NCBI GenBank assembly: GCA_963640215.1
Contig: CAVHZK010000141.1
Location: 1 to 35,687 of the forward strand
Direction of reading: 5' to 3'
DNA length: 35,687 bases
From: a bacterium
GTDB lineage: Bacteria; Bacillota; Clostridia; Lachnospirales; Lachnospiraceae
Shown: in pieces, positions 28,783-35,201 of the stretch
Layout of the letters: each line of letters opens with the position of its first letter
Position numbering within the stretch: the stretch's first letter is position 1
Made by a program: the position numbers and the translations under genes
The notes under the pieces: model-generated
What the model was told of the DNA's origin: nothing
Seen by the model: only the letters and a program-made list of their open reading frames with translations
Database searches by the model: none

Positions 28783-29124
28783 ATGGGACTCTTCGAGAAG
28801 AAGGTTGACATATTTAGGAAGAAAGACAGCGAGACTTGGCACGAGATTAAGCAGGCGCTTAAGGAAGCCGGCTTCAAGGGAGTGAGTGCGGGACATTATC
28901 TGCAAGACTCAGTCATGGCAGGCGGCTGCGGAGCCAAGCTTGATCCGAGAGATTTCGGTGCCAAGGGCAAGATAGACCATGATATATACTATATCAAGGT
29001 CAAGGAATCTCAGGCTGAGGCGGCAAGAGCCGAGCTCACCAGGAGAGGCATAGTTGCTGAGGTTAAGTCACAGGCAGAGCTGATGACGGATGCGGCACTC
29101 AAGGTAAGGGATGGAGAGCTCTGA
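28783..29124 (+). CDS. Small (113 aa) soluble hypothetical protein
   Basis: AAGAGG RBS upstream and codon usage like its neighbours. No recognised motif. A possible small alpha/beta signal-transduction-like fold is speculation only. Confidence 0.5.
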   Translation: MGLFEKKVDIFRKKDSETWHEIKQALKEAGFKGVSAGHYLQDSVMAGGCGAKLDPRDFGAKGKIDHDIYYIKVKESQAEAARAELTRRGIVAEVKSQAELMTDAALKVRDGEL

Positions 29125-29277
29125 CGGACAGGCTCGCCTAAGCAAAGGCATATTTGCTTGATTCATTGGCAATTTGTTAGATAAATAACAAACGATCAAC
29201 ATTCTTTTAGTGCAATTTCTACATAAAGACCCCGATTTTTTATACACATTTTCATTAATCTGAAGTCAGATTGTGTA

Positions 29278-29306
29278 TTGATTTCGTGCTATTTAAGTTT
29301 TATATA
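29278..29306 (+). promoter_or_regulatory. Strong sigma-A type promoter for the CstA-family gene
   Basis: TTGATT (29278-29283), exact 17-nt spacer, TATATA (29301-29306), within a 230-nt AT-rich intergenic region. It implies a ~44-nt leader ahead of the 29357 start. Confidence 0.55.
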
Positions 29307-29356
29307 TGTACTATAAAGAAGTTCCCTTTGCAGGCGGGAGCTTTGGGAGGTTTGTT

Positions 29357-30832
29357 ATGATTAGTTTTTTCCTTTGTCTTATAATCCTCGTTGTAGGTTA
29401 CTTTACCTACGGCAAGATTGTAAATGACACCTTGGGACCGGATGACAGAGAGACACCTGCCATTGCCATCAATGACGGAGTAGACTTCGTCGTTATGCCG
29501 CAGTGGAAGCTGTTCCTTGTTCAGCTGCTCAATATAGCAGGTCTTGGTCCTATCTTCGGTGCACTTCAGGGTGCATTGTGGGGACCCATAGTATTCCTGT
29601 GGATTACCTTCGGTACTATCTTCGCCGGTGCGGTTCACGATTATTTCTCCGGTATGCTTTCCGAGAGAAACAGGGGCGCATCCATTTCCGAGGTTACGGG
29701 TATATACTTAGGCCCTGTTATGAAGAACATCATGCGTGTATTCGCAGTTGTTCTCCTGATCATGGTAGGTACAGTATTTGCAGTAGGTCCCGCAGGACTT
29801 ATTGTTAAGCTACTCACGGAGAAGGGCGTCAGCGGCGCATTTGCATCCACTACCGTATGGCTTACCATCGTACTTATCTACTACTTCATCGCGACTTTCC
29901 TGTCAATCGACAAGATTATCGGCAGGATCTATCCGATATTTGGTCTCTGCCTTATCGGTATGGCTGTCGGAGTTGCAGGAGGAATCGTGCTCAATCCGGA
30001 TTTCGTTATTCCGGAGATATGGGCTAACTTCAGGAGTATGCACCCGGATGATACACCGGTATGGAGCTTCATGTTCATAACCGTAGCCTGCGGAGCAGTG
30101 TCGGGCTTCCACTCAACACAGTCACCGCTTATGGCACGCTGCCTTGCATCAGAGAAGCAGGGACAGTTCGTATTCTACGGCGCCATGGTAGCAGAGGGTA
30201 TTATAGCTCTTATCTGGGCTGCAGCAGGCTGCTCAATCTATGAGGTCAAGGAAGGTCTCAACACCGGACTTCAGGAGGCGTTGGCAGCAGGACAGTCAGC
30301 AGCTATCTATGATGTATCGCTCAAGACCATGGGCAGCATGGGAGTTATCCTTGCCATGATCGGCGTTGTTGTATGCCCCATCACATCGGGAGATACAGCA
30401 TTCCGTTCAGCAAGACTTACTCTGTCTGACTGGTTCGGCATCGAGCAGGAGTCATATGCAGGCAGACTTAAGCTCTGCATCCCGGTACTTGGTATCGGCG
30501 CACTCCTCGGCTACGGCAACACCTTCGGTGTGCTCAGCTATCAGGTAGTATGGAGATACTTCTCATGGTCTAACCAGACACTGGCCATGCTCGTGCTCTG
30601 GACAGGTGCTATGTATCTTGCCATGAACAAGAAGAACTTCTGGATATGCGCTGTTCCGGCTACATTTATGAGTGCCGTATCGGTTACTTATTTCTGCATG
30701 GCAGGCGAGTGCCTCGGTATGATTCCGTTCTTCAAGAACAATACCGCAGTTGCTTATCCTGTAGGTATAATCTTTGCAGTTGCTTTCCTTGCGCTCTTCA
30801 TGACTAAGTCCAAGAAGTATCGCACGGCATAA
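29357..30832 (+). CDS. cstA: Carbon starvation protein A (CstA) family transporter (peptide/pyruvate uptake type)
   Basis: Polytopic membrane protein with the CstA-like N-terminal region (NIAGLGPIFGALQGALWGP). GGGAGG RBS 6 nt upstream of ATG 29357. The track start at 29306 lies inside the predicted -10 box. Confidence 0.85.
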   Translation: MISFFLCLIILVVGYFTYGKIVNDTLGPDDRETPAIAINDGVDFVVMPQWKLFLVQLLNIAGLGPIFGALQGALWGPIVFLWITFGTIFAGAVHDYFSGMLSERNRGASISEVTGIYLGPVMKNIMRVFAVVLLIMVGTVFAVGPAGLIVKLLTEKGVSGAFASTTVWLTIVLIYYFIATFLSIDKIIGRIYPIFGLCLIGMAVGVAGGIVLNPDFVIPEIWANFRSMHPDDTPVWSFMFITVACGAVSGFHSTQSPLMARCLASEKQGQFVFYGAMVAEGIIALIWAAAGCSIYEVKEGLNTGLQEALAAGQSAAIYDVSLKTMGSMGVILAMIGVVVCPITSGDTAFRSARLTLSDWFGIEQESYAGRLKLCIPVLGIGALLGYGNTFGVLSYQVVWRYFSWSNQTLAMLVLWTGAMYLAMNKKNFWICAVPATFMSAVSVTYFCMAGECLGMIPFFKNNTAVAYPVGIIFAVAFLALFMTKSKKYRTA

Positions 30833-30848
30833 GCACAGCGATTGCTAT

Positions 30849-30920
30849 AGCGTGTAAGCGTGAAGCAATTCGTTACATTTATACTGCAAGATGCCTGTAA
30901 ATATACAGGCATGGAGATTC
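30849..30920 (+). promoter_or_regulatory. Conserved ~72-nt element, copy A (25-nt box + 9-bp hairpin + GGAGATTC); candidate cis-regulatory RNA or specialised promoter/operator
   Basis: AGCGTGTAAGCGTGAAGCAATTCGT (30849-30873) matches 35105-35129 at 23 of 25 positions. The hairpin ATGCCTGTA-AATA-TACAGGCAT (30891-30912) corresponds to the copy-B hairpin, with compensatory changes and nearly identical spacing. Confidence 0.45.
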
Positions 30921-30931
30921 GATAAAGTATT

Positions 30932-30999
30932 AGCCGGCTCACAGGCTTACGCATGGCAGTCTGCCTGCAGTCCATGCGCACTGAGCCGGCTCGTTTTTT
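30932..30999 (+). terminator. Rho-independent terminator / possible attenuator
   Basis: Outer stem AGCCGGCTCA (30932-30941) / TGAGCCGGCT (30982-30991) and inner stem CGCATGG / CCATGCG, followed by a T6 run (30994-30999). It ends 5 nt before the AGGAGG RBS of the next gene. Confidence 0.7.
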
Positions 31000-31016
31000 C
31001 TAATAGGAGGAGTCCT

Positions 31017-32039
31017 ATGCTCTTTGCTCCTAAGAAATTAGGCAATACAGCCTTATCGCCGGACGAGCTTGCGGCAGACAAGAAAGCCTGCATCAAGATA
31101 GGTCCCTGCGGCATAGGCGAGAAAGCCATATATCTTAATTCATTTTTCTTGGACCGCATATACTATGTGCGCAACAATGACGTGCGCAGGATATATAAGC
31201 GCATCGCCATGACCAAGGGCGGCTTCACCGGTAAGGGCATGTTCGGCTCTATGCCCTATCTCGTCGTTCTGCTATCAGACGGCACTGAGAAGCAGTGCAA
31301 TTTCAAGTACGAATCGGATGTCGATAATTTTATAAACAGGTTTCATGCGATGCACCCTGAGGTACCGACACACAGCGCGGCGGCAGAGCAGCGTATAGCA
31401 GCAGAGCAACGCAAGGAAGAAGCCCGTTACCTAAAGAGCCTGAGTCCGGAGGCAGAGCGCGCGGTAAAGGAGCTTAGGCGTGCCTCGGATTATCTTGATG
31501 CCGAGCCAGCACTATACAGTGAGCTCTCACGCAGCGCCAAGCAGAAACGCATAGTCGACAATATCAAGCCGGGATACAAGATATTCGCATGCATCATAGT
31601 TTTATTCTCACTTGCAGCCTGCGCGTACGGTGTATATGCAGTTATTGCGAAAAAAGGCTTGCAGGTGTACTTCCTGCTGTTCGGATTTGCATTTTTATTC
31701 TATGCCATGAGTATGCAGGTGCTCCCGACAGGACGCAATAATGCCAATAATGCCAAGCGTGAGTTTGATGCGGCAGTGAACAATATAAGCGAATATATCT
31801 CGGGATATGAGGGAACATTTCCGATCCCTGCACAATATGCACACCCATCGACCTTGTCACGCATGATCAGGATCATCAGAGAGGGAAGGGCGCAGAGCAT
31901 AGGCGACAGCTACAAGCTTATGAAGGATGAGCTTAAGGCTATAAATAACACAGTTACGGTATCACAGCTCGAATATGATGAGATAACAGCTATCAAGCCG
32001 ATGTTCCTTAACTGTGCTTATGCGGACAGCATAGATTAA
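31017..32039 (+). CDS. Uncharacterised 340-aa membrane protein (cytoplasmic N-domain, coiled coil, TM hairpin, C-domain); first gene of the MoxR/VWA operon
   Basis: AGGAGG at 31005-31010 and ATG at 31017 (MLFAPKKLGN). Two hydrophobic helices (KIFACIIVLFSLAACAYGVYAVIA and VYFLLFGFAFLFYAMSMQVL). The track start at 30891 runs through the terminator and is rejected. Confidence 0.7.
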   Translation: MLFAPKKLGNTALSPDELAADKKACIKIGPCGIGEKAIYLNSFFLDRIYYVRNNDVRRIYKRIAMTKGGFTGKGMFGSMPYLVVLLSDGTEKQCNFKYESDVDNFINRFHAMHPEVPTHSAAAEQRIAAEQRKEEARYLKSLSPEAERAVKELRRASDYLDAEPALYSELSRSAKQKRIVDNIKPGYKIFACIIVLFSLAACAYGVYAVIAKKGLQVYFLLFGFAFLFYAMSMQVLPTGRNNANNAKREFDAAVNNISEYISGYEGTFPIPAQYAHPSTLSRMIRIIREGRAQSIGDSYKLMKDELKAINNTVTVSQLEYDEITAIKPMFLNCAYADSID

Positions 32040-32073
32040 AGACCGTAGACAGAGGATACAGAGGAAAACACCG

Positions 32074-32997
32074 ATGAGTGAGGTTTTGGATTTCTTAAGA
32101 GGAGAGGGCATAAACCCAGAGCTTATAGCGGGCGTAGAGAGCTTTAGGGATGCACACAGGGCACCGGAGGCATACCTTAAGCGCATACCGGAGCCGGAAT
32201 ACTTTTTCTACGGCAGAGAGGTCTGGGAGCAGGCGATAGCAGCAGTGCTCGCAGGCAAGAATATACTGCTTGCAGGTCCCAAGGCGACAGGCAAGAATGT
32301 GCTGGCGGACAATCTTGCCGCCTTATTTATGCGCCCTGAGTGGAATGTTTCCTTCCATATCAATATGGACGCGTCATATCTCATAGGCACGGACACCTAC
32401 GACGGCTCCAAGGTGACATTCAGAGCAGGTCCGGTGTATCTTGCCGCGGTATATGGCGGCTTCGGTGTCTTGGATGAGATAAATATGGCTAAAAATGAGG
32501 CTTTAGCAGTGCTGCACTCTGCACTTGATTACCGCCGCATGATAGATGTGCCGGGATACGATCGGATAGAGATGGACCCTGCCTGCCGCTTTATAGCCAC
32601 CATGAACTACGGATATGCCGGTACGAGAGAGCTAAATGAGGCACTCAGCTCGCGCTTTGTTGTCATCAGTCTGTCGCCTATAGCAGAGACAGATCTGGTG
32701 CGACTCATAGCAAGGCGCTTTCCTAAGATGCAGGAGAGCTTCACCCTACAATTTGCCAAGCTCTTCAAGGAGATAGATAATAAAGCGCAAAATGCAGAGA
32801 TATCGGAGCGTGCGCTTGATTTAAGAGGCCTGCTTGATGCGATAAGCCTGATAGAGACAGGCCTTAAGGCGGGGGCGGCACTTAAGCTGTGCATAGTCAA
32901 CAAGACCTTTGACTTATATGAGAGGAAGCTCATCAGTGATGTGATAAATGCACGCATACCCGAGGAGCTTGATAGGACAGCAGTATTCAGGGCGTAA
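32074..32997 (+). CDS. MoxR-class AAA+ ATPase of the CbbQ/NorQ (AAA_5) type
   Basis: P-loop ILLAGPKATGKN (atypical: N where S/T is expected). Walker B FGVLDEIN, sensor-1 FIATMN, and LSSRF (the conserved MoxR motif usually assigned as the Arg finger/sensor 2). About 300 aa, a single AAA module, as in CbbQ/NorQ. Confidence 0.85.
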   Translation: MSEVLDFLRGEGINPELIAGVESFRDAHRAPEAYLKRIPEPEYFFYGREVWEQAIAAVLAGKNILLAGPKATGKNVLADNLAALFMRPEWNVSFHINMDASYLIGTDTYDGSKVTFRAGPVYLAAVYGGFGVLDEINMAKNEALAVLHSALDYRRMIDVPGYDRIEMDPACRFIATMNYGYAGTRELNEALSSRFVVISLSPIAETDLVRLIARRFPKMQESFTLQFAKLFKEIDNKAQNAEISERALDLRGLLDAISLIETGLKAGAALKLCIVNKTFDLYERKLISDVINARIPEELDRTAVFRA

Positions 32998-33000
32998 GAG

Positions 33001-34929
33001 ATGATTAAGAGATATTACTCTCCTGATTCGAGGCGTATGCTGAATGTAATATGGAATGCAGCGGGACGGTATGATTTTGAGCCGTCCTTTTTGGCATTTC
33101 ATACTGACGGCGAGCCTGATTTCTATTTCAATATAATCATAGGACTGGCTGAAAAATGGCTGGATATGGAGAAAATATCGGCGTTCTTCGATAGCTTCGC
33201 CTACGCAAGAGAGTCTGACGAATACTCCGAATACGTCTGGCTCGATCTCGAGAGCTGCCTGTATCATAAGGAGCTTCCCGAGCGCCCTGTGCTCACCGAG
33301 CTTAGGAAGGCACATGCCGAGGCTTTCTTCAGAGTCCAGCAGCAATTGTCCAAGCAGCAGATGGAAGTCATGAGTATGGGCGTATATACCCAGCAGCAGG
33401 CAAGATGGGCGGAGGTTACCGGCAGGAGACTTCCGGCGATGTCTGCCAGGGAGCAGGGCATGTACGAGGCTCTGAATATCGGCGGGGCCTGTGACACGGA
33501 CGAGGTAATAGAGAAGCTTAAAGCCTTCATCACACAGTATTGCGGGTTTGATTTTGATGAATCAGGCTATGAGAGAGCACACAAGCCCAGTCTCATAAGG
33601 AGACTCTGGGGCAAGCATGTCCACTCACAATATAAGAATACAGACCGCCTGATAATAAGGAGCGGCAGCGGTACGGGCGACCCGCGGGATGCAGTGCATC
33701 TCAATCAGCAGACGGGATTCAAGACAGATACAGACAAGGCGGCACGAGACAGAGCATATATAGAAGGCTGCTTCGGCAAGAGCCTCTACCGCGAGGAAGA
33801 GCTCAAGGAGATAGAGAGGGAGCTCTGCGTAAAGGAGGACGCAGGCTGCAGACTTTGGTTCACGGACGTAAGTGTTGACAGCGCGTCAGACAGCGAGAAG
33901 AATATTGACAGTGAAGGCAGGATAGAGGCAGATTACGTCGGTACCAATGCCAGCGCAGGTACCGACGCCAACATAGGGGTCAGCGCCAACGCCAATAACA
34001 ATAATAAAGCTGTTGGTGGTGGAATCATAAGCCACAGCGCTGGCATTAACATTAGCAGCACCGACCGCAAGGAGATAGCCGAAGTGCGTCGCTCTGCCTT
34101 AGAGCAGCGCAGGCGTAACGAGGAATACTTTAAGAGAAATTCACTTCAGATAAGAGAGAGCATACGCAAGCTCTCATCAGAGATAGAGGTACTCATGAGT
34201 ACCTTCCTTAAGCATCTGCCGGAGCGCGCCGAGGCAGGACGCATAGTTGCAAGCAGGGCATATAGGGCGGCGCTCTTTAATGACAGCAGGATATTCCTAA
34301 GAGACGGCGATGAGACGGAAAACAATATATGTATAGACATATTACTGGATGCCTCACAGTCTCGTATGAACTCGCAGGAGCTCATAGCAGCAGAGGCCTA
34401 TGTGCTTGCCGAGAGCATGAGACGTGCAGCCGTGCCCGTACAGGTAGCGGCATTTCGCAGCCTGCGCGGATATACTGTTATCGAGAGACTAAAAGCGTAC
34501 GACGATAAAAATGCGGAAAATATATTCGGTTATTTCGCATCAGGCTGGAACCGTGACGCCTTGGCTATCAAGGGAGTCGGCAGGATGATACGCGATGTAT
34601 CAGAGCAGGACAGCACCAAGAGGCATATACTGCTCATACTCACGGACGCAAGCCCCAACGACTCGACACCGATAGCTCCCTGCGGAACACGTACCAAGCC
34701 CGCAAATTATGAGGGACTCCCGCCGGTCGAGGCAGCAGAGTCTGCCGTGAAGGAGCTCAAGAGAGAGCATATACATACCGCTGCCGTATTTCACGGAGCA
34801 ACGGCACATCTTGAAAATGCATATCGCATCTATGGCAAGGAGTACATACGCATACGCAGCCTCGCACAGCTGTCGGCTGGATTTACCGATCTGATGCAAT
34901 CAGCCTTGCAGGAGATGGAGGCGGAATAG
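33001..34929 (+). CDS. von Willebrand factor A (VWA) protein of the NorD/CbbO type, partner of the preceding ATPase
   Basis: Starts 3 nt after the ATPase stop. C-terminal VWA domain with MIDAS DASQS (DxSxS), NRD motif (SGWNRDALA) and LILTDASPND. Long helical N-terminal region with an Asn/Ala/Gly/Ser low-complexity insert. Confidence 0.8.
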   Translation: MIKRYYSPDSRRMLNVIWNAAGRYDFEPSFLAFHTDGEPDFYFNIIIGLAEKWLDMEKISAFFDSFAYARESDEYSEYVWLDLESCLYHKELPERPVLTELRKAHAEAFFRVQQQLSKQQMEVMSMGVYTQQQARWAEVTGRRLPAMSAREQGMYEALNIGGACDTDEVIEKLKAFITQYCGFDFDESGYERAHKPSLIRRLWGKHVHSQYKNTDRLIIRSGSGTGDPRDAVHLNQQTGFKTDTDKAARDRAYIEGCFGKSLYREEELKEIERELCVKEDAGCRLWFTDVSVDSASDSEKNIDSEGRIEADYVGTNASAGTDANIGVSANANNNNKAVGGGIISHSAGINISSTDRKEIAEVRRSALEQRRRNEEYFKRNSLQIRESIRKLSSEIEVLMSTFLKHLPERAEAGRIVASRAYRAALFNDSRIFLRDGDETENNICIDILLDASQSRMNSQELIAAEAYVLAESMRRAAVPVQVAAFRSLRGYTVIERLKAYDDKNAENIFGYFASGWNRDALAIKGVGRMIRDVSEQDSTKRHILLILTDASPNDSTPIAPCGTRTKPANYEGLPPVEAAESAVKELKREHIHTAAVFHGATAHLENAYRIYGKEYIRIRSLAQLSAGFTDLMQSALQEMEAE

Positions 34930-35043
34930 GATCTGAATCAGAGTCTCGTTATACAGTCTGCATTCAGGCTTGATTCGCTCTCAACGCGTGGTACTTAGGT
35001 GTACAACCAACAAAAGTGTAGAACACATTTTCTTCACAAATAA

Positions 35044-35070
35044 TTAGCACTCAACGCTTGCAAGTGCTAA
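35044..35070 (+). promoter_or_regulatory. CIRCE operator (HrcA binding site)
   Basis: TTAGCACTC-N9-AAGTGCTAA against the consensus TTAGCACTC-N9-GAGTGCTAA. Left arm is perfect, spacing is exact, and the right arm has one mismatch. Upstream of clpB. Confidence 0.75.
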
Positions 35071-35086
35071 CAACATGTGCTATAAA
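35058..35086 (+). promoter_or_regulatory. Putative sigma-A promoter overlapping CIRCE
   Basis: TTGCAA (35058-35063), 17-nt spacer, TGc-TATAAA extended -10 (35078-35086). Confidence 0.45.
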
Positions 35087-35104
35087 AGGGTTGACGGACG
35101 CGGG

Positions 35105-35175
35105 AGCGTGTAAGCGCGAAGCAATCCGTACTTTTGTTATATGTGGTGCTTGCGAATGCGCAGGCATGGAAAATC
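35105..35175 (+). promoter_or_regulatory. Conserved ~72-nt element, copy B, in the clpB upstream/leader region
   Basis: AGCGTGTAAGCGCGAAGCAATCCGT (35105-35129). Hairpin GTGCTTGCG-AATG-CGCAGGCAT (35146-35167), then GGAAAATC. Collinear with copy A. Confidence 0.45.
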
Positions 35176-35201
35176 AGACTAATGCGAGGAGGTAAATGAT
35201 T

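Noticed and set aside
30853-30876. Reading the box as an ECF-sigma (TGTAAG...CGT) or TcdR-like (GTTATA) promoter
   Set aside because: The spacing between the AAC/AAG-like -35 and the CGT is about 12 nt, not the 16-17 nt of ECF promoters. No TTTACA -35 accompanies the GTTATA in copy B. No support for a specific alternative sigma.
30891-31016. N-terminal extension of the track ORF 30891-32039; similar extensions occur at 1496, 5587, 26238, 27305 and 29306
   Set aside because: The extensions run through a terminator, a promoter -10 box or the preceding gene. Internal ATGs with good Shine-Dalgarno sequences give N-termini typical of the families, so the shorter starts were used.
32074-34929. Annotating the pair as nitric oxide reductase activation proteins NorQ/NorD, or as Rubisco activase CbbQ/CbbO
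   Set aside because: No norB/norC, cbbL/S or other known client gene is in the window, and this lineage looks fermentative. Only the family-level assignment is justified.
34933-34967. Imperfect hairpin CTGAAT...ATTCAG after the VWA gene; also a hairpin at 2874-2895 between the convergent genes
   Set aside because: The stems are interrupted or short and no T-runs follow. They are plausible weak terminators but not well enough supported to list as features.
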